Shown here: positions 33,361 through 49,308 of the stretch, in pieces | How the letters are laid out: each line of letters starts with the position of its first letter | How positions within the stretch are numbered: the stretch's first letter is position 1 | From: the human T2T-CHM13v2.0 reference genome, Homo sapiens | Length of the DNA: 64,000 nucleotides | Reading direction: 5' to 3' (one strand) | Assembly: GCF_009914755.1 (NCBI RefSeq) | Contig: NC_060931.1 | Notes under the pieces: model-generated | Told to the model about the DNA's origin: nothing | The model's database searches: none | What the model saw: only the letters and a program-made list of their open reading frames with translations | Translations under genes and position numbers: made by a program

Positions 33361-33659
33361 TTTTTTTCTTTTTTTTTTGAGACAGAGTCTCGCTCTGTCA
33401 CCCAGGCTGGAGTGCAGTGGCATGATCTCGGCTTACTGCAACCTCCACCTCTCAGGTTCAAGAAATTCTCTACCTCAGCATCCCTAGTAGCTGGGATTAC
33501 AGGCGCCCGCCGCCACTCCCGGCTAATTTTTTTGTATTTTTAGTAGAGACGGGGTTTCACCAAGTTGGACAGGCTGGTCTTGAACTCCTGACCTCGTGAT
33601 CCACCTGCCTCTGCCTCCCAAAGTGCTGGGATTACAGGTGTGAGCCACCGCGCCTGGCC
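33361..33659 (-). mobile_element. Alu (Sg-like)
   Basis: TSD GTA(G/A)AGTGCATTT. Confidence 0.95.
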
Positions 33660-33902
33660 GAAAGTAAAGTGCATTTGTATCGCGGGCCAGGACGCCTCCA
33701 TCCAGGAGACTCCAAGAGGTCCTGGTTTGAGCCCTGAGTCCCCCAATAGAGCAGAGGTTTGATGACACCCCAGGGACAAGTTCACTTCACATAGAAAAAA
33801 GCCACACCTATGAGTTTTTTCTAAAGCAAAAATCAAACACTATGACTCCCTGTTTGAAACCCTTCAATTGTTCCTATTGCCCTTAGAAAATTCAGACTGT
33901 TG

Positions 33903-34261
<359 letters not shown>

Positions 34262-34750
34262 TTAGAACCTGGCCCGATGCTTCTCCATCTCCATCTCCTA
34301 CCCCTTCTCACCTCCTTCTCTCTGGGTTAGCCACTCTGGCCCCCTCTCTCTCACCGTGGTGAGCTTGTTCCTGGCTCCGTCTTTGATAAACTGTATCCTC
34401 TGTTGGCAACACCTGTAGGCCCCATTTGAGATGTCCCCTCCTCAGAAGGTCGTTCCCTGACAATCCCAGCTAAAGCCACCTGCTCTCTCCTCCCACCCTC
34501 CCTTATTCCCCTTCTTATTAATAGTTTATCTCCTTAACAATTCTCATTATGATCTGTCATTTTCTTGGATATTTGTTTATGTATTTATTGTCTGTCTCTC
34601 CTCATAGAATATAAGTAGCATGAGGACAGGAACCTGCTCTGTCTTATTCATCATCATACCCTATGCCTGGCACACAGCCTGGTGCATAAGTGCCCAAAAA
34701 ATAGGCATGGATTAATAGATGCATATGCCCCAACCACCAAGTGCACCTGA

Positions 34751-35156
<406 letters not shown>

Positions 35157-35251
35157 ACCCAGGTAGATCTTGAGTTCAAATTTCAGCCCTGCACTTGGGA
35201 GAGTTTCTTAATCCTGGACAATTTAATTTCCTCATTAAAAAATATTTTAAA

Positions 35252-35580
35252 GGCCAGACGTGGTGGCTCACGCCTGTAATCCTAGCACTTTGGGCGGCCA
35301 AGGCGGACGAATCACTTAAGGTCAGGAGTTTGAGACCAGCCTGGTCAAAATGGTGAAACCTTGTCTCTATTGAAAATATAAAAATTAGCCAGGCGTGGTT
35401 GTGCACACCTGTAATCCCAGCTACTGGGGAGGCTGAGGCAGAAGAATCACTTGAACCCGAGTGGCAGAGGTTGCAGTGAGCTGTGAGCTGAGATTGCACC
35501 ACTCACTGCACTCTAGCCTGGGTGACAGATTGAGTGATGAGACTCCATCTCAAAAATAAATACATAAATAAATAAAAATT
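35252..35580 (+). mobile_element. Alu (S family)
   Basis: Dimeric Alu with (AAAT)n tail. Confidence 0.93.
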
Positions 35581-35916
35581 AAAAAGATAAAAAATCTTTT
35601 AAATTGTGATAGGATACACGTAAAATAAAATTTACCATCTTAACCATTTTTAAGGGCACAGTTCTGTGGCATTAAGTACATTCATAATGTTGTGCCACCA
35701 TTTATCCCCAGAACTTTTCAACTTGCAAAACTGAAACTTCCAGCCAAGCCCCTTGAAACACCATTTTACTTTCTGTCTCTGTGAATTTAACTACTCTAGG
35801 TACCTCATGTAAATAGAATTATACAGTATTTGTATTTGTCTTTTGTGACTGGCTTATATCACTTAGCATAATGTCCTTGAGTTTCATCCATGGTGTGTAG
35901 TCTGTGTCAGAATTTC

Positions 35917-36830
<914 letters not shown>

Positions 36831-37333
36831 AAAAGAATTCCCTTCCTTTTGAAGGCTGAATAATATTCTATTGGATGAATATACCACATTTTGTTTGTCC
36901 ATTTATCCATCGATGGAAACTTGGATGGCTTCCACCTCGTGCCTATTATGAATGCGCTCCTATGAACACGGGTGTTTGAGTCCCAGCTTTCAATTATTTG
37001 GGGTATTATCCGGAAGTGGAATTGCTGGATCATATGGCCGTTCTAATTTTATTTGAAAGAATTCACTTCATTTATTGATCAAAATGCATCATCTGGGGCA
37101 CAGACATCTGAAGCCACTCATATTCTCATGAATCCTTGTGTTCTTCTGAGAATGATTTGTTATCTATTTAGTAGAACCACCATGCTGGTTTCCACAGCAT
37201 CTGCGTCATGTCACAATCCCACAACAGTGCCCAAGATTCCAGCTTCTCCACATCATTGCCAACACTTCTTAGTTTTTTTTTTTAATAATGGCCTCCTACG
37301 GGTTGTGAAGTGATATCTCCTTGTGATTTTGTC

Positions 37334-37636
37334 TTCTTCTTCTTTTTTTTCCTTTGAAACAGGGTCTCACTCTGTTGCTCAAGCTGGAGTACAGCAGTGC
37401 GATCTCAGCTCACTGCAACCTCTGCATCCCGAGCTCAAACGATCCTCCTGCCTCAGCCTCCTAAGTAGCTGAGACTACAGGCATGCATCATCATGCCTGG
37501 ATAATTTTTGTATTTTTAGTAGTGATGGTGTTTCACCATGTTCCCCAGGCTGGTCTCAAATTCCCGGACTCAAGTGATCTGCCCACCTCAGCCTCCCAAA
37601 GTGTTGGGACTACAGGCATGAGCCATGGTGCCCAGC
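37334..37636 (-). mobile_element. AluJb-like
   Basis: Reverse Alu. Confidence 0.92.
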
Positions 37637-40067
37637 CCTCAGTGTGGTTTTGATTTTCATTTTTCCCTAATGTTTGGTGATGTTGAACCACTGTCTGAAT
37701 TTTGGAAATGGTTAGATCAGCTACCTCACTGGGTGGTGAGGAGGCTTAAAGGAGAAAAATGCCCTTGGTGTGAAGCCAAATCCCTAGCATAAGTGCTCAC
37801 TAAAGGTTGTCCATCATTACTTTTTCTAATTGCTTCTTGACAATCAACCCAGAGGCCTGGCCCTTCGGAGGCATGGGGCTTGTGTGTGTGATGATGGTCT
37901 CCCCGTTGGACACTGGGTCTCTCCAGAAGCCCCTTCTACCACCACGGTCCCCCACAGCCTGGGACATGTGTGAAAGCCACCAAGTGAGGCAGGAAGCCTG
38001 GTGAGGGGTTGTTGTTGGGTGGTGGGAGGGCGGGGGGTGGGAAGAGAGATAGGTCCAGGGTGGCCCAGAGTCCTCATTGCTTCATGAGGACTGGGTACCA
38101 CCTGCCCTCTGCTTCAGTTTCTCCCTTTGCCACAAAAGAGGCTATCTTGCGAGGAGGTGAGATTCACAGTAATGCCTGTAAAGAGCTCTGGAATCTGCCC
38201 TGGCAGCCTGGCTGTCTGTGTGGGACCCAGGGTAGTGTGGAGGGTGGGGCCCTGATTCTGTTCTTTCTCACATTTTTACTGCATGCTCGGTGGACAGGCT
38301 CTGATGGCCAGAGCCCACATCAGCCCTAAAAGCTCCTTTGAAGTGAAGCAACCACTTTTAAGTGCAATTATTTTGAGATAACCCTAAACTCCCTGCTCCT
38401 AAGCCAGGAATGTCTCCTCCTCTGCCCCAACCCTCCACCGACCCACCCCCACCCAAAATCAAACCTGACTCCATTCTTTAAAGGCGTTGCTTCCAGAGCT
38501 TGGGAATTATCTGCTTTGATTGTGGTGGTTGTGGTGTTTGCTTTTGTGTTATTCTTCTGTGAAAACAAGAGATTGAGGAGTGTAAATATGTTCCTAGTAG
38601 GAATGCTCTGAGGAGGATTACAAAACAATTGAAGGGTTAGCAAGGAGAGTCCAAGGAAGGGAAGAAAAGAGAAAAATAATTGCCAAAAACTCAGAGCTGG
38701 AACAGAAGAAATTGACCAACAGGCAAGGATGCAAAGTGTGATGTCACTTTTTCCAAAAGACTGGGGTGACCTGAGGCTAGAAAGGCAGGAAGGAAAAGTT
38801 CATTTACAATTACAAGTTTAAAAAGGTGCATGACGAATTAAGGCCCAGGACTGGTTTGGAAACCAGTGGGGTTTGGGAAATGCAGAGAGTTAGGGAACAG
38901 GTGTTAGGAGTTTGGCTGTGACGCTCACGTTAACACTTTCTATGCCAAGGGTTGGGGAAGGAGGAGGCTCTTAGGAGCTGAGCCTGAGCTCGTCTGGGAA
39001 GCTGAGTTGGTGATGTCCCCACGCAGAGGCCCTGGACCCCGTGGCTGACTGCTGAAGTGCTGGACAGTGAGGTGGGGGATGGGGGACAGTGCTAGCTCCT
39101 CAGAGGCAGGCTTAACTTCCCATCCTGCCACCACCCCTCCTTGGTTGCCTGACCTCTGGCAAGCCAGTCAACAACTTGGAGGCTCCTGGGATGGAACATT
39201 AGCAGCCACCTTAGGGTGGTCACCCGGACAAAATCAGATAAGTTGTGCAAAGTGCCTGCCATGTATCATGAGCTGGGGAGGCATTTCCTTTTAAAGTGGT
39301 AGAACTAGGCCATGGGCGATGATGCTTGGCCTCCATCTCTAGCCCTGGCTGCCTTGACACGCTTGCCTCTGCAAGCTCTCACAGAAGCCTTTTGCCCATG
39401 GGGTCAGAAATGCCATCATCACTTGTCTTCCTGATAGGTCCACTTGGTTCCCACTTTGCCAGGGTTCTTGCTGTCTTAACATCCAGGTGACGAGGCCACG
39501 TTTGAGTACAGTAGATTCAGGAGGGTGTAGGCAGAAAGCGTGCAGTCACCTGGGGATGCTGGCTGTCTTGGCTGCTCCCTGGGTAGATGCTACCGAGGAC
39601 TCTGGAACTGGAATCCTGCCGGGGATCCCTGGCTGTGTGTGCTTTAGGCCTGCGTGGGGTGGTGGGGGGCCAAGGCTCAGACAAAATCATTCGGCGAGGG
39701 TGTGCCCAGCACTGAGCGGGTGCCTGCAGTTTGGGGGCTGTGCTGGAGGTGCCTGGAAAGGAGGGATTCACTGAGTTGACGCTTAAAATGGCCTTCAACG
39801 CAGCGCACATGACAAACCTTGAACTCAGAAATTCTTACAACGATCATCTAAACAAACTCCTTCCACCTCCTCCACATGGTCCCTGTGATTTCCTTTCCCC
39901 TTTGAAACTGGCTTGGTTGTTTGTGGAAACTTGGTCTCAGCTGGGTGAAACTGTGGGGCGGTGGAGGGAGGGATGCTCTCGGCTGATCCGTCTCAGATTT
40001 CGAACTCTGTGCTTGGGTCCCCATTCACTCAGATTCATTCACTCATCATTCATTCTTAGTTTATATT

Positions 40068-40659
<592 letters not shown>

Positions 40660-40664
40660 CTCAT

Positions 40665-41070
40665 TTATTTTTAATTGTAGTAAAAAACCACGTAACATAA
40701 AATTTACCCTCCTAACCATTTTCACATGTGCAGTTCAGTAGTGTTAGTATATCTACACTGTTCAGTAGTGTTAGTATATCTACATTGTTATACAACAAAT
40801 CTCCAGAACTTTTCATCTTGCAAAGCTAACATGGTACCCATTAAAGAACAACTCCCCATTTCCCTTCCTCACAGCCCCTGGCAACCGCCATCCTACTTTC
40901 TGTTGCTGTGAGGTTGAGTTCTTTAGATCCCTTAAGTAAGGGGAATCTTTTCATGGACATATGTGTAATCATTCACTTCACCTCAAGGTTCTTCTGTGTT
41001 GTGGCAGGTAGCAGGTTTCCTTCCTTTCCACAGCTGCATCAAGTTCTGTTGTGTGGAAAGAAAACATTAT
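40665..41070 (-). mobile_element. L1M 3' end fragment
   Basis: ACATAAAATTTACCCTCCTAACCATTTT...CCCCTGGCAACCGCCATCCTACTTTCTG. Confidence 0.7.
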
Positions 41071-41332
41071 CTTTCTTTCTTTTTTCTTTGGGCGCAATGT
41101 TGGCTCACTGCAACCTCCACCTCTCAGGTTCAAGCGATTCTCCTGCCTCAGCTTCCTGAGTACCTGGGATTACAAGCACACGCCATCATGCCCGGATAAT
41201 TTTTGTATTTTTAGTAGAGACAGGGTTTCACCATGCTGGTCAGGCTGGTCTTGAACTCCTGACCTCAGGTGATCCACCTGCCTTGGACTCCCAAAGTGCT
41301 GGGATTACAGGCGTGAGCCACCGCGCCTGGCC
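41071..41332 (-). mobile_element. Alu (Sx-like) with deletion near its 3' end
   Basis: Reverse Alu. Confidence 0.9.
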
Positions 41333-42197
41333 GAGACCACAGTTTCTTATGCCACGTTATCTTAGCATGGGGTACCTCGCATCTGTTGTGTGATGTGTCC
41401 AGCCTGGATTCGGACTATGCTGTTACTGGCCATTATTGCACACCCACTGAACTCCAGGGACTGTTTTAACGTCTTAGGTGACGGTCTTTAGGAAGTTCTC
41501 ACACTTTCGGGAACCTCCATTGCAGGTGGAAAAGGTCTTTGTTCCTCCCGCCTCCCTGACCCCCAAGAACACGGTTGTTCCACCAGAACAAGCCCTCATT
41601 CCTTGGCCATGTTTACACGTTCTGAATGAAGGATTCAGCTAGGAACCTCTACTGCTTTGAGAAGCATTTCAAAAGATAGAAATAAGAAAAATGAACAAAC
41701 ATTCCTGCATTTTTGAAATGGTGACATTTCATTTGGGCCTCACACCCACTGTGTGAGATTTGTGATCTCCACGTTTGGGATGAAGAAATGGATGTGTGAG
41801 GTGGAAGAAGGGATGGGAGGGGAAAGGGTAGCTTGGAGCAGGGCTAGCAGGAGGCAGCGAGGTGCTCAGGCTGTAGTACCTGCCCCGAGAGGAAGCGCCC
41901 TGCACATCTGTGCCCTGGGTGCTCACTTGACTCACCTAAGTCCTAGCTCTGGGCAGGAGGCTGAGCCTGAGAGAAGCCTCCCCAAGGCCAGGAGCAGGTG
42001 TCCACACCCCAAGGTCTGAAAGCCACCCTAAAGTGGGTTCAGGGCTGTAAGGGGCTCCGTGTGGGAAGTCAGGAAGGCCCCCGGGGGCTGAAAACAGAGT
42101 TTGACCTGAAAGAGGCCTGAGCCCCAGGACCTGCACTGTGTCTGAGTTAATTGTCCCCACCCTCTGCCTGTCCCTTGTCTTAGGTGTTCAGTCCTAA

Positions 42198-42500
<303 letters not shown>

Positions 42501-43528
42501 TAATTACTGCTTCTTAACATCCCTACAGGAGCCACCTGAAGGTGCTATGGATGCAGGTGAAGAAATGACATCCAGGCAGGGCTTATGCAGATGCCTCTTG
42601 CCTCCAAAAGGAGGATTGGGTCCCTCTGCTGTACTTAAAACAACTTGAAGCTGGGAATTGTGGAGGGGGGGAGGGGGCCTCAGTCCCACAGAGACCTAGC
42701 TCCCATTTCGTGTGGCCAGGGTGTTGAGAACCTTTGTCCCTGGAGCCCCTGTGTTGAGTCATAAACACATGGGACAAATTCCAGCAGAAACGACCATTCA
42801 CTAAGTTGCAAGTGACTTTCTCAGTCTTCTTTGCTTTTGTGCAGAGAAGACTGAGAATTCAGCCCTAGAGAATTCAGCTCTGGTTGTGAGTGCCTCTTTT
42901 CCAGGGCAGAGACTTCTGGAAAAGCAGATGGAGCCTTGTGGAATGGGGCTCTCTGCCTCATCTGGGGAGTGACTCTCGATTCCCCTCACCTGTCCCTCCC
43001 ATCACACCTGGGCTTCTTTGCGGTGACAGGTGTGTGTCTGGAGAGGGAGTAGAGTGGAACGCAGGTTTGGCTGTGGGATGTGGGGGTCGCAGAGGTGCAC
43101 CCTGGGATCTGAAGGCTGGCCTCTGTCCTCCCATCTGGACGGGCAAGGAGCTCAGCCTCCCAGACTCTGCTTTCTGACTCATCTAACGGCAGTCCTCATA
43201 ATTTCCTCCTAGGATGGTTGAGACGGTCAAAAGGAAAGCAGGTGGGAAAACTCCTGGCGAAGCAGAAAGTGTTCCGCTGTGGGGAGGTTTTATTTTTCCC
43301 TCATGAGGAGTGGACGGTGGAGGTGGGGGGACAGTGGGAGGGAAAGGCCTGGGCAGGCGTGTTTGGGAAAAGATGATGAAGGGCACTTTGGAATTTGTAG
43401 ATACCAGGAGACAAAGGGGAGGAGTGCTGTGGGGGGTCATTTGGGGTTGGAGGCTGAATAAGCAGGGTGTGGAGTGGGGCAGAAGAATCCAGCATCTCCC
43501 AAAGTGGAGGGATAGTGAGCAGTTGCTG

Positions 43529-44660
43529 CGTGTGTGGGGTGTGTGTGTGTCTGATGTGTTTTGTGTGTGCTGTGTTTGTTGTGGTGTATGTTGTGTGTGC
43601 TGTGTGTGGGTGCTGTATTGTATATGTAGGGTGTGTATGCTGTGTGTTGTGTGTGTGGTGTGATGTGTGTGTGTTGTGGTATGTGTTGTGGTATGTGTTG
43701 TGGGGGTGTGTATTTGTGTGTGTGTTGTGTGACGTGTGTGTAGGGTTTATGTGTTGCATTATGTGTTGTGTGTATGTTGCGTGTGTTGTGTGTTGTCTGG
43801 TACATTGTATTGTGGGTGTGTGTTGTAGGGATGTGTGTTGTGTGTTATGTTGTGTGGGTATGTGTGGTGAGTTGTCCATTGTGTGTTGTGTTGGGTGTGT
43901 GATGTGTGTTGTGTGGTATGTTGTACTGTGTGTGTGTGTTGTGGGGTATGTGTTGTATGGATGTGTGGTGAGTTGTGTGGTAAATTGTGTTGTAGGGGTG
44001 TGTGTTGTAGGGGTGTGTATTGGGGTGTGTATGTGTGGTGTGTGTTATGTGATATGTGGTGCATTGTGTTGTGGGGTGTGTGTCGTAGGGGTGTTTGTGG
44101 TGTGTGTTGGGGTGTATATGTGTGGTTTGTGTTGTGGGTATGTGTGTGTAGCTGATGTTGGGATGCATTGTGTGTTTTGTGGGTGTGGTATGTTTTGTGT
44201 GTTGTGTTGTGGGTGTGTATTGTAGGGGTGTGTGTGTTGTGTGTTGGGGTGTATGTGGCGTGCCTTGTGTGGTATGTGGTACATTGTGTTGTGGGGTATG
44301 TGTTGTAGGGGCGTTTGTGGTGTGTGTTGGGGTGTATATGTATTTTGTGTGTTGGGTTGTGTTGTGGGTATGTGTGTTGTGTAGTGGATGTTGGGATGCA
44401 TTGTGTGTGTTGTGGGTGTGTGGCATGTTGTGTATGTTGTGGGTGTGTGTGCTGTGTTTGTATTGTGTTGTGGGTGTGTGTGCTGTGTTGTGGGTGTGTT
44501 GTGGGATGTGTGTTGTAGGGGTGTATGTAGTGTGTTGGGGTGTATATGTGTGGTATGTGTTGGGTTGTGTTGGGGGTATGTATGTTGTGTGTGTGTTGGG
44601 ATGTATTGTGTGTGTTGTGGGTGCTGTGTTGTAGGGGTGTGTGTGGTGTGTGTTGTGCGG
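43529..44660. repeat. ~1.1-kb TG-rich degenerate simple repeat/minisatellite
   Basis: Seen directly; almost no C on the plus strand. Confidence 0.95.
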
Positions 44661-44758
44661 TGTCCTCCTGGGCATGTTCCCACCTTGGCAGTGCTGCCTC
44701 TGCCTGGGCCGCCCTTTGGGCAGCTGCTCCTGAGCCCTGCCTGGCTTAGTTGGCCTGT

Positions 44759-44777
44759 GCCCGCCACCTGGTGGCCG
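44759..44777 (-). promoter_or_regulatory. Candidate CTCF binding site
   Basis: Minus strand CGGCCACCAGGTGGCGGGC matches the core CCASYAGRKGGC exactly. Confidence 0.6.
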
Positions 44778-46334
44778 AGAGTGGAAGGGCAACCGGGCGT
44801 CTCACCACGGCCGTGGCTTGGGCGCATCCTCTTTTGAGAATAGGTCCTTGTCCCCCTCTTTGCTTGTGTCTCTTCTCCTCAGCGTCTTGCCTCTACCTCC
44901 TTCTCTCAGCTCTGTACCAAGGGGGTCGGATTTCAGGTTTCCCTAAACGTCTCAGCGTGAATGGGAGTGAAGTCTCCAAGGCTGCCTGCCTCCCAGGGCA
45001 GTCGTGAGGATGACATGGCTGAGGAGGGGGCTGTGACAGGATGTGGCAGCTCACAGGCTCCTCAGGCATGACAGGAGAGGTACAGGATGAGCTTGCAACC
45101 CCCTCAGAATCAGGTGGCTATTGTGGAGCAGCCCCTCCAGGATCCCAGCACAGGTTCCGTCCCTGCCAGTTTACGGGAAAGGTGGCCAGGTGTCAGCGGT
45201 CAGGCATTTCTACTCCACGTAACACCCACCTGCTGTGTATTTTCTATTAAGGATTTTCAAAAAAACCAAGGGAATTATTTGAGACGCATAAAGTTACATT
45301 GTGTGGATTTACTAAGCAATTAAAGCAAATGCTGTGAGTAATTGCAGATGTGCTGTCCAGGTATTGTTCTAGTTTTAACTACTGATCCCTTCTCCCTAAA
45401 GAGCAGGCCCTGGTCCTTTAGACAGAGCTGCCTGGGCTGATAGCTCTGCCCTAAGTGCGCGATGATTCCTTCATTCATTTGTACATTTGGTTACTGATGT
45501 AACAAGTATTCATTAAATCCGCAGCACGTGCCTGGCACTGTGCTACATACTGGGGACAAAAAAGATGAACAAACACATCCTGCCCTCCAGGGTCCTGACT
45601 ACAGCTAAGAGGCCACATCAAGATAAATGCAACAAGCCTGCATCAGGGGGCTTCACCTGAGCCAAGGCTGTTGTCCCCAAAGCGTCTGACATGGGGGCCT
45701 TTAAGAGTTAGTGTTTCAGGAATACACACACCGGTCTTTTCAGACTCATCTGTGTGAAACTCACATTCTGATGCTCTGAGATTCTGATGCAATCGGTCTA
45801 TGAAGCTCCTGGAAGCCAGGTGTGTAGCCCCTTTTCTAGAACATGACTGGGATAGGAGAGTGGAGACAGGGCAGGGGATTTCAAGGCGACAGGCTGGTGC
45901 TGCCTGGGGAAGAGGGGCTCTTAGAGCAGCCAGGCACCTCTGCTGATTGGCCTGGACCTAGGAGGCCAGGGCCCCATGCTCTGTGCTGTGGGCTCCCACC
46001 AGGCAGCAGCGGCCCCCACAGAGAGAGTGCGGCCTGCCAGTGGCAGCTTCGCTGTCTGGCACAAAGTAAGTGAGGGTTTAATGACATTGCCATGATGTCT
46101 TTCTTTTCTTGGGTTCCTGCTGCCTGCACCTGGCTGAAATACAGCGGGGTGGGCTGAGGCTTCTGTGTTCTCTTGGAGTTGATGGTCACAGCTCCTTGAT
46201 CTGACTGGCCTGGCTTGACTGGATCACAGAAAAAGCTGCTTATTCACCTAAACAGGCCAATGTCACCAGCAAGACTGACTTGGGATACAAAGCAACTCTG
46301 TATCTATGGCTTATTTCCAAAAGGATGTTCTATA

Positions 46335-46530
46335 AACATTAACTCTATGTAATTTATAATATTAATAATATAATTAATATCACAATATTGTATATAATAT
46401 ATAATCAATATAATCATAATACAATATTATAAAATTAATATAATGTTATAATAGAATTAATAGTTACACTATCATATAATACAATTAATATTTATAATAT
46501 AATTTTTATAATATTAATTTATGAAAATTT
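46335..46530. repeat. AT-rich low-complexity tract
   Basis: TAAT/ATAT-rich sequence seen directly. Confidence 0.85.
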
Positions 46531-46933
46531 CAAATGCAGAGAGGGAAAAAATGAGAAGACAAGAGAAAAATGAGAGATTGATGGTCAACTTAGGATATAT
46601 TGGTAAAACATAATTTAAGTTGTAAAAATAAACAGTTTTTTGAAGTAGCTACCCAGATGTTTTGATAAAATGACTTTTCAAGAGGTGGGGGTTGCATTCA
46701 GCATTTCCCAGGTACATTTGGTCATGGAGTCCTTCCTGGGAACCGCCTCTCCACACTACAGTTTGGGGAATATCAGTTTGGGAAACATTTCTCTACGGTT
46801 TTACCTTCTTCTTCTCCACCAGCATCTGACGCAGAGAGAATAAATCAGTAATACTTCAAGCCCTGCTGACATTCTCCACAAGGGTGTTACCACCCGAAGG
46901 GGATGAAATTGGCTCCTGAAGAGCAAAAAAATC

Positions 46934-47234
46934 TTTTTTTCTTTCTTTTTTTTTTTCCTTAGAGACAGGGTCTTGCTCTGTTGCCCAGTCTGGAGTACAG
47001 TGGTCTCTCTACGACCTCAAATTCGTGGGCTCAAGTGATCCTCCCACCTTAACCTCCCAAGTGGCTGAGACTACAGGTGCAGGCCAACATGCCTAGCTAA
47101 CTTTAAAAACTTTTTGTAGAGACGGGGTCTTGCTATGTTGCCCAGGCTGGTTTCAAACTCCTGGCTTCAAGCAGTCCTCCTGCCTCAACCTCCCAAAGTG
47201 TTGGGATTACAGGTGTGAGCCACTGTGCCCAGCC
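46934..47234 (-). mobile_element. AluJ-like
   Basis: Reverse Alu. Confidence 0.9.
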
Positions 47235-48262
47235 CAAATTCTTATTTTTTAAATGTATAAAGCACAGATATACATTCAGTCCACAAACTGATATGTGGTA
47301 TATCTGTAGCATTAACGTTGCATAAATGAGGGAGCGTTAGGAGAAAAAATGTCTATAAAGGCTCCACAGGAGGGTGATTGCAAAAAGAAGAGAAAAGGGT
47401 GAGAAATGCTGACATAGACGCATTTCAGTTGGTCAGTTGGTGAAATGGAGTTTGGTGAGGCTCTGCCGCTGTGCACGTTGGGGTGAGTTGTTTACCTCTC
47501 TGAGCTTCAGGTTTCTAACCTGGGAAATGAAGCCTTTTGCCACCTCATAAGACTGTGGTGAGCTTTAATGAGACAAGAACAATGCCTGATAAACAGGAGG
47601 TGTTTGGAAAATGGAGGCTGCAGACAGACCTTTAAGCCTGAAACTTTGCTGTCTGCTCGCAGTAAGTTGTAGCACAGTCAGCTAACATACCGCCACTTTG
47701 GGCTCGTCCACCTTTAAGGCTGTAGACCGACAGATAAAGGCAAAGGGAGCTTGGTATAGGCAGGCTGAAGGAAAAGGACCTGAGAAACTACTATTTTACA
47801 GCTTACAAAGTAAACCAGGAAAGCAACTTAGCCTGGGGGGATCACCTGCTTGGTGCTAAGCTGCTCCTGGACACCAGGGTCCCAGACCTGGAATCAGACA
47901 CTTCATCCTTGAGGCCCACCCTCCATGCACCCTGATATCAGAGGCTGAGATGGACACTGAGGCGGGTGGGATAGGCCAAGGCAGGAAATGTCTGCTGGAC
48001 CTAAAAATAGTGTGGGAGGGAACAGGAAACAGAAACTTTGGGCCAACATGGAAATGCTTTCTGAATTGTCAGGAAATCAGGACTAGAGATGCAGGGGCAG
48101 CCACCACCCTACAGCAAAACTGCAACACCCCGTGAGCTCTCTACGTGGAAAGAACTGGAGAGAATCAGAGTTGGGTGGGCTGGGGAGGGGGGTTCCAACT
48201 GAGAAACACTAGGCTCACCTTTGTGTAGTTCCTAACATAGCACTTTTGTGCCCTGTTGATCC

Positions 48263-48829
48263 TATTTATTTATTTATTTATGAGACGGAGTCTCGCTCTG
48301 TTGTCCAGGCTAGAGTGCAGTGGCATGATCTCGGCTCACTGCAAGCTCTGCCTCCCAGGTTCACGCCATTCTCCTGCCTCTCAGCTTCCTGAGTAGCTAG
48401 GACTATAGGCGTCCGCCACCATGCCAGGCTAATTTTTTTTGTATTTTTAGTAGAGACGGTGTTTCACCGTGTTAGCCAGGATGGTCTCGATTTCCTGTCC
48501 AGCCACCTCAGCCTCCCAAAGTGCTGGGATTACAGGTATGAGCCACCGTGCCCGGCCATATTTTTTTATTTTTGAGATGGAGTCTTGCTCTGTCACCCAG
48601 GCTGGAGGGCAGCGGCACGATTTTGACTCACTACAACCTCTGCCTCCAGGGTTCAAGTGATTCTCCTGCCTCAGCCTCCTGAGTAACTGGGATTTCAGCT
48701 CATGCTACCATGCCAGGCTAATTTTTTGGATTTTTAGTAGAGATGGGGTTTCACCATGTTGGCCAGGCTGGTCTCAAACTCCTGACCTCAAAGTGCTGGG
48801 ATTACAGGCGTGAACCACCGCATCTGGCC
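48263..48829 (-). mobile_element. AluY-like (48263-48557) inserted at the tail of an AluS (48560-48829)
   Basis: Outer TSD CCCTGTTGATC. Confidence 0.92.
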
Positions 48830-48876
48830 CCTGTTGATCTTTAATTGCATGTAGATGTCATTCCTTATTGGGGTGA

Positions 48877-49212
<336 letters not shown>

Positions 49213-49308
49213 AACTTTGAGTTTTAAAAGTTGGGGGAGTACTAGCAAACTGACAAGTTGTTTACTCTTTCTTTACACAGAATGCTCAAGTGTCTTAAAG
49301 CATTAGTG

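Noticed and set aside
43301-44837. Long ORFs (up to 315 aa) rich in His/Thr or Cys/Val
   Set aside because: Translation of the TG/CA repeat, which is open in many frames because of its composition; no protein-family signature.
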